DNA of 61,748 nucleotides, filler included, from Pirum gemmata (GCA_002812295.1; 17 parts of 17 records of this genome joined end to end with filler, not necessarily neighbours in it), one strand, 5' to 3'; positions 1 to 14,030 are shown, counted from the whole stretch's first letter. Notes: generated by a model from the sequence alone, not told the origin. Numbers and translations: made by a program.

Positions 1-106
1 TTTTAATAGTATTTCTTTTTTTTTTAAATATAATAATAATAATAATAATATTACTAATATATATATGACAATAATTGCAAATAATATTACATTTTAATTA
101 ATATTA

Positions 107-468
107 ATGCTAAATATGAAATTCAAAACTAATACTACTTTAAATTTTGTTTTTGTTTTAGTTTCTGCTGTCAGTACCGCAGTTGTTGTTGACGTAGCTA
201 ACGCGTCGTTAGCCAGTTCGTGTGCTGATTGGAAAGAACCATGTCCCAATAGTAGTGATATAAGAATAACTTCAAAAGGAAAATGGTGTTTTACCGAAGT
301 CAATATTCACGAACAGGCTAAATGCAGTTACCGATGTTGTCAACCTGTAACCCCAACAAAAACAACAATTACAACAACAACATTGCCACCACCACCAACA
401 TCATATGTATCATCATCAGTACCGCCAACATCTGCGCACACACCAGTATCAACATCAGTATCAATATC

Positions 469-505
<37 letters not shown>

Positions 506-1363
506 CCTCCATCATCGCCAACAGCATTGCCAACAACCACGTTAACTATTTCATACTCGATTGGCAGCACCTCTACTTCCACAAGTACCAGCACTATCGA
601 ACCATTCATCACATCAACCACAACCCCAACACAAACTACTCCCAATTTTAAATCTCCTAACAAATTATTTAAGACTGACAATCAAAATAACGAAATAACG
701 AAAAATACAATATTTAATATTATGATGGATTCAGAGCATAGCTCAGGTGGGAGTTTAAGCTTACAAACAAGTGGCCATAGTACACTCAAAGGTGGCGATG
801 GAAATTGGCCTAGTATAAAAGGAATGAAGTTCTCTATTGCTAGTGTTGTAGTCGAGTATTGTAGTTTAGTAACCCCTCATTTGCATGATAACAGTCACGA
901 ATATAATACTGTAATTCAAGGTAAAGGCATTGTAGGATGGTTTGGTAATAATAATAATAATGATGAAATGAAATGGCATTTTACTGAGGTGGGTGTGGGT
1001 GATAGCTTTGTGTTTCCGTTGGGGTTGGTGCATTTGTGGTTGAATACTGGGGCGGAGCAGTTAGTAACAGTGGGAGGTTTTACCGCTTCTATTCCAACCA
1101 CGACGGTGGTCGGGAAGGCTTTAGTTGGGGTTGATGTACTACCGGAAAGGAGCCTAACTGGCGAGTTGTTTGTTAAATTGAATGATGAAGATTGTTATCG
1201 GGCAAAAAAAGAGTTGAAGAAAATGGTACATGGTGGACATGGTGTTGATGGTCAATATCATGATGATGATGATCACAATAATAATGATAACGATAATGAT
1301 AACAGTGAGGATGATGATAATGATGATGATTATAAATATGATAATGATGATGATTATATATAA
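107..1363 (+). CDS. Secreted germin/oxalate-oxidase-like cupin with Cys-rich N-module, Thr/Ser/Pro stalk and Asp-rich tail
   Basis: Hydrophobic N-terminus. Cupin motif 1 (LVTPHLHDNSHEYNTVIQG) and motif 2 (GDSFVFPLGLVHLWLNTG) retain the 3 His + Glu metal ligands. Confidence 0.85.
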
Positions 1364-1438
1364 TTATGATAATGGTGAGTATGCTAATACTAATGATGAT
1401 AATGATTATGATAATGATGAATATGAATATGATGCGCA

Positions 1439-1470
<32 letters not shown>

Positions 1471-2020
1471 ATGATGATGACAATTTCGTTGTTGAGGATG
1501 ATCATGATGGTTATTATTATGATAATAATGATGACTATGGTTATGAAATCTGTTATAATGGTGATGGAAACTATTATTGAGCATAATTGAATAACAAAAT
1601 TTGAGGTAGATTTTGTCATTCCCAGTTGTTTATTTGGAATCTTTACCTACTACGTTGTCGTTAATTAACTAATAAAGCTAATTACTAAAATTAACTAAAT
1701 TAAATAAAATTGTATTATTACCAATTTACCATCTGAATTTACCATCCATGTTTTCAATATATATTATAATATTATATAATACATTTTTTTAGGCCTTTTT
1801 TTTCGTGTTTTAGGCTAGTTCAGCTAGAGTGTTTTAGGGTTAGGCCTAAGACCTCGCAAGGTCACGGGTTATCAATATCGATAGTAGGTTAGAGAGTGTT
1901 TAGAGTTAGGGTTAGGGTTAGGGTTAAAGTTGGGGGTTATTAGGGGTTAGGGTTAGGCTGTTAGCTACTAAATAGGGTTAGGGAACAGGGTTATTAGGCT
2001 AGCCAGGTTATTAGGGAACT

Positions 2021-2052
<32 letters not shown>

Positions 2053-2056
2053 TTAA

Positions 2057-2088
<32 letters not shown>

Positions 2089-2244
2089 GTATAGTAGCTA
2101 CAAGGGACGCCACGCCATTCCCTTGCTAGACTAGCTAGCTCTAGCTAGCTAGATTCCTTTTTTTTCTAGACTAGCTAGTCTAGCTAGTAGCTAGACCGGG
2201 TCGCTACTAGTAGCTAGCTACTAGTAGCTAGCTAGTTACTAAGA

Positions 2245-2560
2245 CTTCTATATTCGTCAGCAAGCGCTGTCATTGTACAATGACAAAAAAAGTTTTACTT
2301 TGACAAACTTTTCGGGAAATGAGAATGAATGACATGATCAGCTCACTGCATAATATTGACGTAATTTCCTTTCATTTGATATTATACTTTTCGTCATTAA
2401 AAGTGTTTTAATACGACCACCTAGATACGACCACGTTGGATTTGAGATAAAACGTCATTGCATAATGACGCTGTCATTGGACAATGACGTGCTGACGAAT
2501 AGAAGATTTCTAGCTAGAAATGACGCTGTCATTGGGCAATGACGTGCTGACGAATAGAAG
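2245..2560. mobile_element. MITE-like element with TIRs and a duplicated right end
   Basis: Left CTTCTA(TA)TTCGTCAGCA (2245-2262) is the inverse of TGCTGACGAATAGAAG (2490-2505, repeated at 2545-2560). Subterminal palindromes such as GTCATTGTACAATGAC. Confidence 0.6.
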
Positions 2561-2596
2561 ATTTCTAGCTAGCTAGATGACATAATAATATTATGA

Positions 2597-2770
2597 TATT
2601 CATTTATTTTGTCACTTTGAATATTTATTTGGAGGGTTATAATCTTTAAATTGTCATTTTTAAATCAATACATAGATAATAAAAGTTACCAAATTAAATT
2701 AAATGGGTTTATATTTTATTAATTTGGTACTATTTATTGTATACTTTATGATGACAAAACAAAAAGTACT
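2597..2770 (-). mobile_element. MITE family A copy (about 190 bp)
   Basis: Reverse-orientation match to the family A copies at 59888 and 60736. Confidence 0.7.
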
Positions 2771-2963
2771 ACAATTAGTCTATTAGTCTATTATGATTAA
2801 TAAAATTTATATAAGTGCAGAGATGATTTATGGATTTATCAAGAGAATTTTTTTTTTTTATAATAGACTATGTACTAGTTTTTTTTAACTGTATAGATAT
2901 ATTATGATAAAAATGGCGACATCATATGAGCTCAAAAATGCAAAATCTCCAATTGATCCAATT

Positions 2964-3063
2964 NNNNNNNNNNNNNNNNNNNNNNNNNNNNNNNNNNNNN
3001 NNNNNNNTTAATTAATTAANNNNNNNNNNNNNNNNNNNNNNNNNNNNNNNNNNNNNNNNNNNN
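2964..3063. other. Artificial contig linker N44-TTAATTAATTAA-N44; 16 copies starting at 2964, 6289, 12143, 15465, 18815, 22135, 25236, 28532, 31859, 36428, 39775, 45086, 48413, 51759, 55083, 58408
   Basis: Identical 100-bp spacer with a six-frame stop core, recurring about every 3.2 kb. Confidence 0.99.
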
Positions 3064-3112
3064 TCGGTCAAAAAAGTTCGCCATAAGAGTTCTCACCCCT
3101 CCTACTACGACT

Positions 3113-3250
3113 ATTGTGCTTTTCATTTATTTTGTTACTCCAAATATTTTTTTGGTTGGTTATGATATTTGAATTGAATTTTTTAAATGAATAAATATAT
3201 AATAAAATATACCAAATTAAATGAAATGGATTTATATTGTATGAATTTGG
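3113..3250 (-). mobile_element. MITE family A, partial copy
   Basis: GTGCTTTTCATTTATTTTG terminus plus the family core ATACCAAATTAAATGAAATGGATTTATATTG. Confidence 0.6.
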
Positions 3251-5229
3251 TCCCGTAGTCTAGCCTACCACCTGTTTTCTATTTTCTAGTCTATTATTAG
3301 TCTATATAATAGTCTAGTCTAATAGACTAGCTAGACTATACTACTATAGTCTATAGACTAGACGTCTAGTAGCTAGCTTAGTAGTGTGATGTCAAGGTCT
3401 GCCGGACAAAGCACTATACAAAAATCCAAACTTGTTCGAGTTTTAGCAGAATTTAGTGTTAGGGTTAGGGTTAGGGTTAGGGTTAGGGAACTTAGGGTTA
3501 TCGTACGGGGGGATTTGTACTGGAACGGATATTTTTTTTTATATCGNCAACAACAAACACATAAGGAAAGCGAGAAATTAATAAGGCCATAAGGAAAGCG
3601 AGAAATTAATAAGGGTTGGGGGTGAGCCTTGATCTGCTGGGGCTTGATAGTCTTGAGAATTTGTCTACTTTGATGACGTCATTCACAAAATTACCACTAT
3701 AATTCCCAAATGTTGATGATGTCATTTAAAAAATTACCGTATTCTTTCTAATTTGAAGATGTCATTCATAAAAAGCTACAGTAGGTAGTGCTAGAATAGA
3801 CGTCTTATCTATGATACTATTTATCGATACACTGCCCAATCTTTTAATTTGTTATACTGTTTTTTTATTAATAAGTGTAAAATTGAACTTGTTTTTTTAA
3901 AATACAACATTAAGTATAAAATACAAAATGAATTAAAACATACATAATAATAATTTATTTGGTAAGTATTAGTCGTTAATTAACGTTCAAATAAAAGTTC
4001 TATTAATATAGTACTGTACTGTAGAGTTGGTTAGGGTTAGGTTGTTATCATATTATTAGGAGTCAGGCTAGAGTCAGGACTCTAACCCTTTTTTCTAGAC
4101 TAAAGAGAAATTATATATATTATATAAGTATGATTACGTTTTTACTTCCACACTTATCTGGAAAAATGAAACAACACATAACGTTTATAGGGGTTTATAT
4201 ATTATATATTATATATATATGAAGAAAAACAATTATTGCTTAAACAATTAGAAGCCGTAGAAAATGATATGAAACAAACTAACAAAACAAATTTTTTACC
4301 GCGGAAAAGTATTTCTTTCTACAAAGTTTTTTTGAATTGTAAATAAATGATATATGTCAAGTAATATTCTGGAAACTAAAAATCAATATCCAATACAAGA
4401 ACGAATAGAAATATTATTAATTAGAAAAAGTTTGTTCAGCAAGTACTAGTACACTATATTAGTATATTATATAATTTTTATCTATTTGTAATATTAGTTA
4501 TATAAATACAATGCCATGTTATTTCTTAAACTTACTATATTAATATTAATTGTTATTTTGAATTAAAATTTCTTTATTATATATTATATCATTGTCAATT
4601 TTTGTCTTGTTTTCACATCACGATTCATGATTCTATAAAATATTATTTATCGTCTATTTCATTGTAATATACTTTTCTTTAAGTTGGTACTGCTAAAAGG
4701 TATAATAAATTGAACTTGTTTAGGGTTAGGGTTTGGGTTGGGGTTAGGGGAAAGGGTTTAGTGTTACAAGTTAGGGGTTAGGGTTAGCTATAGGGTTAGG
4801 GCTATAAAAATTAGGGTTAGGGGTTATAGAACTGGGGTTTGGGTTTGGGTTAGGGTTAGTGAGTGTTAGTGTTAGGGCTAGGGTTAGGGTTAGGGTTAGT
4901 GAGTGTTAGTGTTAGGGCTAGGGTTAGGATTATTCTTTATTAATTTATTCAGTTATTTAATATGTAGAGTTGTTTTATCTTATTTTCATAGTTATTTTTT
5001 ATTAAAATATATTTCAAAAATACGAACTTTATTATTAAAATCATCAACTAGTATGAATTTGGTTGGTATAATAATAATGATAATAATAATATTAATAGTA
5101 ATGCTAATAACTTCGAAGAAAATAACGCTAATTAGAGTAATAATAATAATAATTCGTGTAATTAATAATAATAATAATAATAATGAAGATAATAACACTA
5201 GTACTGTATATTAACAATAACGAAGAAAA

Positions 5230-5532
5230 TTATGAGAAAAGTGATACTAATGATGATAGTGAATTAAAAATTATCCATATAATATTATTGTTATAATACT
5301 TAATAAAATTAAATCCATTCGTTACTAATATTATGAATGTAAATATATCTATAATAACCATTTTTTTTTCATATATATTTTTTTTATTACTAGTACCATT
5401 ATATTCAACTGCCAAGTATTGTTTCTTCAGCATTTCACCTAAATTAGATTTATATTCACCACCATCCGTACTCAGTAATAAAACGTCACCTATTATTCTT
5501 CCATATTTTCCACGAGCATTAACTATAAGGTA
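5230..5532 (-). pseudogene. C-terminal half of a staphylococcal-nuclease (SNase/thermonuclease)-like protein
   Basis: The frame of ORF 5230..5433 extends upstream to YLIVNARGKYGRIIGDVLLLSTDGGEYKSNLGEMLKKQYLAVEYNG, which has the SNase KYGR-x-x-(G/A)-D-V and LA-x-x-Y motifs. An in-frame TAG precedes it and there is no N-terminal half. Confidence 0.6.
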
Positions 5533-5659
5533 CTAGTATTGTTTACTGATTGTCGGTTAACGGTTATTGGTTATTGAAACTTTTATTGTCTATTTCTTTT
5601 TTTTATAAATTCATCATAATGATCTATACAAAATATTACATTATATAGTATTATATCAT

Positions 5660-6277
5660 TTAATGTTTTATTCCAGCCGCATGTAAAGCTGGTAGTATTG
5701 TTTCAATTACTGACAAAGGTATGGTTATTAACGCAAGGTGTTCTTTAATCTCTTGTTCTTCGGCCAATTTTTTCGCTTTTGCAGCCGCGGATATAAGAGA
5801 CAAGGCAACCTCTGTTTCTTTTAAGGTTCCAGCCAGCACACTTCCTACTACTGTACCAACTTGCGTAACTTGATCATGAGCAGCCATAGAACCATTATTA
5901 TTTCTTCTTAGTCTTTTGTTTACTAAACCTCTTCTTCTTCTTTTGCTACCATTATCAACAATAACATTTCGTTTTTCAACTAAATGGGTTCCAGCAACAT
6001 TGTGTAAAACAGGTAAAATGCCTTGAATGACAGCTAAGGGAATTGAGAGTAAAGCTAAGTGAGTTTGAATCTCTTTAAGTTCAGCTTGTGCTTTTGCCTT
6101 TTTCGCCGCTTCAAGAATTGCTTCAATGGCTGTAGCTGGACCAACCTCTGCCTGGGAAATGATCGAGCTCACAATAACACCTTCGGCTACTGGTGCTGGA
6201 GGGGGGACTGCATTTGATTTGACCTGGCTTGTGATAATAGAGAGCACGATCAGAGTAATTAAGTTAAATACTTGCAT
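5660..6277 (-). CDS. Secreted precursor with two amphipathic repeats separated by Kex2/furin-type basic sites
   Basis: Signal peptide. Repeats AAKKAKAQAELKEIQTHLALLSIPLAVIQGILPVLH and AAKAKKLAEEQEIKEHLALITIPLSVIETILPALH. Linker contains KR, KRRRR and KRLRR. Confidence 0.85.
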   Translation of the reverse strand: MQVFNLITLIVLSIITSQVKSNAVPPPAPVAEGVIVSSIISQAEVGPATAIEAILEAAKKAKAQAELKEIQTHLALLSIPLAVIQGILPVLHNVAGTHLVEKRNVIVDNGSKRRRRGLVNKRLRRNNNGSMAAHDQVTQVGTVVGSVLAGTLKETEVALSLISAAAKAKKLAEEQEIKEHLALITIPLSVIETILPALHAAGIKH

Positions 6278-6448
6278 GTTTATTGTTTNNNNNNNNNNNN
6301 NNNNNNNNNNNNNNNNNNNNNNNNNNNNNNNNTTAATTAATTAANNNNNNNNNNNNNNNNNNNNNNNNNNNNNNNNNNNNNNNNNNNNAATAGTAATAAT
6401 AATAATAGTAGTAATAATAATAATAGTAGTAGTAATAGTAATAACAGT

Positions 6449-6839
6449 GACATCACTCGTAACACCCAAGGTGAAATGAGTAGGGTTAGCACTGAACAAG
6501 TTAATAAATCCTTATATTTAGATCCTGTTAACCCTAGTAATGTGAAAGGGCCGATTTATTTGGATAACATTATACCCGGGGCTCCAGCATACTTGGATGG
6601 TGTCCACCCAATGTATTTAGATGACGTCGAAAGCAACGGCACACTCCAATATTCTGCCCTTAGACTAGCCCGTTCCGATAATTCTAACTTTAGGGCGCCA
6701 GATGGTACGGAGTATAACTCAGTTGTAGCCTTAGGTATATATATATATATATAGTGTTGCTGTTATTATTGTTGTTATTGTTATTGTTTTTATTACTATT
6801 ATTATTGCTGTTATTATTGCTTTTATTGTTAGTATTATT

Positions 6840-6875
<36 letters not shown>

Positions 6876-6877
6876 GC

Positions 6878-6910
<33 letters not shown>

Positions 6911-7341
6911 CAAAAAACTTCCGGATAGTATTCCGTTGATTGACAATGAAAATTTCGATACATCTACTAAAGAGCTGTTACCTCCAAAACCAGGATCCAT
7001 TGTAGCCGCTGTAATTCCATGGCTCTCTGGTATTTTGTTATTGTTATTGTTATTGTTATTATTGAAGGAGTGGGGATAAAGGTTTATTAGAATTCTTTTG
7101 TTGCTTTTTGTTGCTTTTGTTAACCTTTTTTGTGTTTCTGGTGTGTTTTGTCTGTGATTTCTTGATTAGTTTGGTTTTCATTTATTTTTTATTTTCAAAA
7201 TAGATGCCTCTTCCACTAAATTTCGAAATGCAGCCCAGAATCGGGATTTCGATCTTCTAAAATCTTTAATAGATGAAAAGGTTTTGAAATATATCTGCGA
7301 TAATGAATTGTATGGATTAACTCCAGAAGCCATGTATTAGT
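6449..7341 (+). CDS. 3' exons of an NMNAT/NadD-like nucleotidyltransferase (exons about 6449-6734, about 6909-7029, 7204-7341); 5' end missing
   Basis: Last exon reads DASSTKFRNAAQNRDFDLLKSLIDEKVLKYICDNELYG, matching the SSTxxR...VxxYIxxxxLY C-terminus. GT-AG sites are visible, but the phase across the (GTT)n tract does not resolve. Confidence 0.6.
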
Positions 7342-8422
7342 AGCGGGTGAAGTGCAGTATAAAACAAAAAGAAACGATTCGCAATCTTTTTAAATTTTTA
7401 GAATTTTTTTAAAATGTTCTCGGAATTTTGTCCCTCAAAATGCCAGATTCTGCTTTTTACTACATTTAGTAACTCAAATTATGCCCTGTTACTTTATTTA
7501 CGTTTTTATTTTAGGTAGTTTAAAGTATAATTTTGCTTAATTCTGGTCAGACAGAATGTAAGTAAGCCTAAATATTCGTATGAAAAATAGTTTTCAATCA
7601 CAAGAATATTTATTATTTGTACCGGGTAATTAACCTAAACTTTTTTTTCTTTTTTTCTAATCCAAAAGATCGACTTTGACGACTTTCACCAGAGCTTTGC
7701 TGAAATGTTTTTTGGATTCTAGTAGTAACAATGAGGAAAAACTATGGGACTGCACAGTATTACTGTGTTATTAATTAATAATGGAAAATAGTTGAATACA
7801 TTCACGTATATTATTTAGTTTCTGTTGCCCAGCGCCACTCATGACGTAGGGTTAAAGTTAAATGGTTTTGATTTATAAAGTTTAGGCGGAAAAAATTACA
7901 TGCAGCATTAAATACAACACATACGCTCGTATTACTGTATGGATGTATGTACTTTGTGTGTAATATGTGTCTAGTATTATTTTTCTAAATTAAAATACTA
8001 ACTAATAAAAGTCTTATTTTTGTTTTTACTTCATTTCCAGAGCGGATTAATTAGAAAATAAAAATAGAACAAATAAAAGAATTTCATTTTATTTATTAAT
8101 TTACAATACTATCATATAACATAATGATAATAATACTAATAATAAAATAAAATAAGACAATTATTTATTACATTATTTACCCTGGTACCAATAATACTAA
8201 TTGTAATAAAAAAAATAAAAATAAAATGAAACAATAAAAAAAGTTTAAAAATTAAATTTTAAAGATTTATTTATTAAATGCAATTATTGGTTTACAATAT
8301 TACATAATATTAATATAATAATGATACCAACAATAAAATAAAATAGCACAAATATATATAATATTATATTACTAGAACCCTATTAATATTATTAATTGTC
8401 AAAAAAAAAAACTAAAATTACA

Positions 8423-8911
8423 TTAGTATTCATAATAGCACACGCATTGCTTGTACTTCTTTTGACGTGGTGTAGTAAGACCAGCATACCAGCAACCAGG
8501 AGCTGGGTATTGTTCTGGGTCATTGGCTTCATTTAAACAGTAAGAATACTGACAAAACTCATCAGTGTAACCTTCAGATGATTGATTGCCTTTGTAATGA
8601 TCATTTTCATAACATTTCCATTTTTTTACAGGTTTTGGTTTTTTTGGATAACAAAGACATTGCTTATCATTTTTGTCCTCTTTAGAAGTAAGACCTTTAT
8701 AAAAACACCCAGGAGCTGGGTATGTGGATGGGTCGTTAGCTTCGTTTAAACAGTATTGATATTGACAAAACCCATCAGTATAACCTTCATTAGATTGATT
8801 GCCACTATAATTATCGTTACTTTTACATACCCAACTTGATTCTGATTGATAAGAAGAAGCAGCAGAAGCAACCGTAGCCAAAACAAGAGAAGTAGCAACA
8901 GTGGAAATCAT
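8423..8911 (-). CDS. Small secreted Cys-rich protein with two tandem ~62-aa six-Cys repeats
   Basis: Signal peptide, then two copies of WxCxxNDxYxGNQSxEGYTDxFCQYxYCLNEANDPxxYPAPGCxYxGLT...QCxCY. Confidence 0.85.
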   Translation of the reverse strand: MISTVATSLVLATVASAASSYQSESSWVCKSNDNYSGNQSNEGYTDGFCQYQYCLNEANDPSTYPAPGCFYKGLTSKEDKNDKQCLCYPKKPKPVKKWKCYENDHYKGNQSSEGYTDEFCQYSYCLNEANDPEQYPAPGCWYAGLTTPRQKKYKQCVCYYEY

Positions 8912-9189
8912 AGTTCTTTTTTTAAATTATATATTATTATTATTGTATTATTATTTTAGTTTTAGTTTTTTGCTTGTTTGTTTGTTTGTTTGTTTGTTTG
9001 TTTTAAATTGTTTTGTTTTTTTTTATATAGCTATGCTCTCCTTAAATACTTCATTATTTCATAATAATCAATTCGATTTTATTTGTTGCTATACAACTTT
9101 TAATACAAGGAATTCAAGAAAATTGGGTAGTCTAGTTTACAAACCAAATTTGGGTCTTTCGGCCCTTTAACTAGCTAGCTAGCTAGAGT

Positions 9190-9368
9190 CTACCAAGCCG
9201 CGGACAATCCGCGGACATCTGTCATATGAGCTCAAAAATCCAAAAAATCTCCAAATGATTCCCAATTTTAATGAAAGTACTACCAAATTTTGAGAATTTA
9301 TTTAACTAAGAAACTCTATTATGAACCTCTAAAAAAACGATTTCTATAGTTTTATCCGGCTTGGCTGT
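9190..9368 (+). mobile_element. MITE family D copy
   Basis: CTACCAAGCC ... TATCCGGCTTGGCTG ends; internal sequence shared with 29909-30124 and with 59340-59525 (reverse). Confidence 0.65.
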
Positions 9369-10288
9369 TTATTAATATAATATAATATTGTATTTATTAT
9401 AAAAAATGGGGTTACAAATACGATAACTTTAAATCTTATCTTCAATGTGCTAAGAGCCCGTGAACAATGATATCACATGTACAAAGTATAACAATAACAA
9501 TATTAATAACAATTAATAATAATAATAATAATAATAATATGATAATAACAATAANNNNNNNNNNNNNNNNNNNNNNNNNNNNNNNNNNNNNNNNNNNNNN
9601 NNNNNNNNNNNGGTTTCGGTTTGGGTTTCGGTTTGGGTTTCGGTTTGGGTTTCGGTTTGGGTTTCGGTTTGGGTTTCGGTTTGGGTTTGGGTTTGGGTTT
9701 GGGTTTGGGTTTGGGTTTGCTGATGTTGTTGGTAATGGTAATGGTAATGGTAATGGTAATCGTTTTGGTGAAAGTGTTAAAATACTGATAAGAGTAAGTT
9801 TTATACTTTTGCAATGATGGTATTTTTTTATATGATATTCTGCAAAAAAAAGCATAGACTAGTTCCAACTTCCAACTTCCAGAATACTCTATCAGATAGC
9901 TAGTAGCTAGCTAGCTAGCTAGTATCATAGTAGTCTAGCAATGACTCTAGCTAGCTAGCTATGAATGAGTCATATCAGTTATGATAGCTAGCTAGAGGTC
10001 TACTAGCCTCTACTAGTAGCTAGCTAGTAGTAGCTATCATCGAATCCATTATCGATATCGATTTTTATCCGCCAAGGGTTTATTGGGATATCACAACTTT
10101 CAAGAACAAAATGACTACGCATACAGATACAGAAAAGACCTTGTGTTTTTTCTTCAAGTTTTTTTTTTTATCATACTATTTATCTGATATAACTATGCAT
10201 AGACCTCTACCTAAATAAAAAAAAACAATAACTTTTACCACAAGTAAATTTTGAACCTTTTTTAATTATTTTGTTAACGTTTGCTTCA

Positions 10289-12142
<1,854 letters not shown>

Positions 12143-12275
12143 NNNNNNNNNNNNNNNNNNNNNNNNNNNNNNNNNNNNNNNNNNNNTTAATTAATTAANN
12201 NNNNNNNNNNNNNNNNNNNNNNNNNNNNNNNNNNNNNNNNNNTTTAAAAGAAAAACACCCAACTTATACCCCACC

Positions 12276-12320
<45 letters not shown>

Positions 12321-12359
12321 TTGTTTGTTCTTTTACGTTGTCTAATATTAATAAAAAAG

Positions 12360-12499
12360 GGCCGAGCGGGCGAAATGATGAATACCTTTTTCATCTCGCG
12401 GATGGACTCCGAAAGTTTGCTACCGAAGAAGAAATACAAGACAACCATTTATTTCAGTTAGACAAAATGGTTCGAGAGATAAAGGCAAAAGAAACTTAA
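12360..12499 (+). CDS. chaC: Last exon of ChaC glutathione-specific gamma-glutamylcyclotransferase
   Basis: GPSGRNDEYLFHLADGLR...DNHLFQLDKMVR matches the ChaC C-terminal GPSGxNxEYL...DxHLFxL motif and follows an AG acceptor. Confidence 0.85.
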
Positions 12500-13310
12500 T
12501 TCCGAATTGCTCTGGGATGTCTGCATAATATTATGTGAGCATTCATTAACGACGTCACCTTTTTTAAACATGCCCCGTTTTTTTTAATTGCTATTTTAAT
12601 GGCTTAGATTGCAATCTAAAAGCTTATAAATTTCATCTGATAGGCTCAGTCGGGGTTTGTGATGACGTCATTAATTAATGTTCACTTATACAAATCCCGA
12701 AGTGCAGGAAAGTTTAAAAAAAAAAAAATTGAGTGAATTTTTTAATTTTTTATTTTTAATGAATCCCTGCACTAAAATAATAATAATGATGATGATGATA
12801 AACATGCTCATATCTTCATCGCCTTGTGGATGAGCGAGGGTTCCGAGCACGCTCTACAACCGAAGTATTTTTAATTAAGTGTGCCCCTTTTAGCTCTGCC
12901 ACTAACATTTATGATACGTAGAGGTTTGTGTGGCTAAAGATTATACTTCGTGTTCGGTTTATGATGCAGTAGTTTTGTGCTGCTAAAGGTTATATACTTA
13001 AGTTTGTTGGTTATCTCATAAACTATGCAGTGGTTATATATAATGGTTGGTTGGTACAGGTATAGGTGCAAATTACCCAATAATGTTGAATTAAAATTCT
13101 AGTATTATAGTTTTTATAAACATTTTTTAATGTTTATTGTTTATTTTTTTATTGTTTAGGAAAAGGTTAGTAATAATTAAAATAAATTCACTGATTGTTA
13201 GTATAACCCAAGAAGTCTAATTAATGGGTGACTGGGTAACCCAAGTTTAGAGTATTTTTTAGGGAGTTGGTCACCAACCAGTATTAGTAATTACTATTAA
13301 AGTTAAACAT

Positions 13311-13508
13311 TATCGTGCCTTTAAGTTATTTCGTCATATATAGAATACGCAGCAATAAATACCAAGTTAATACTATATCAAATTTATTTGATACAATTTA
13401 ATTAACTTGACGTGTTTAATTATTTATATTTCAATTTAAAATAACCACGTTTATAGACTTAAAAGTACCAAATAAATAATATAAGTGACAAAATAAACGA
13501 AAAGCTTA
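13311..13508 (+). mobile_element. MITE family A copy (diverged)
   Basis: TATCGTGCCTTTAAGTTATTTCGTC ... GACAAAATAAACGAAAAGC ends. Confidence 0.65.
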
Positions 13509-13960
13509 TTAACATTATTCTAGATCAATGCCATATAAACTTCAACTCCATATTTGAAGTTTAAGTCGACTTTGCGGCATTGCTAGTGCTACAGACGTAT
13601 ATATTAATAATTGAACATATAAAAAATATAGTAAAAAAATCGAACAATAATTATTTTGATTGCATAACAGATTTAACCCAAACCCGAGAGAATAGGTTAT
13701 GGTTTGGGTTAAAATATATACAAAACGGACGGAAAGAATCATACATATAAATGATTGCATAGATATATTATATATCAATACTTATGTATATGTAGATATA
13801 ATAATAATAATAAATATAATATTATTATATAATTTTTTTATTTTACTTTTTAATTTTCTTTTTTAATGGATATATATAAAAGCTCTCTTTTGCATCTCGT
13901 GCATGAGGTGGCGGTAAACCAGAAAGTGTGACACCCAATTGTTGCATATTTTGTACAGAT

Positions 13961-14030
13961 ACGTCAAGGGGTAGGTAAGTAGGTGGTATTTGACCGGAAA
14001 TTAACGTCGAGGGGCAGGGGTTACGTAGCA
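13961..14030 (+). repeat. Family C internal fragment
   Basis: ACGTCAAGGGGTAGGTAAGTAGGTGGTATTTGACCGGAAATTAACGTCG, shared with 58650, 58905 and 61150 (reverse). Confidence 0.75.
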
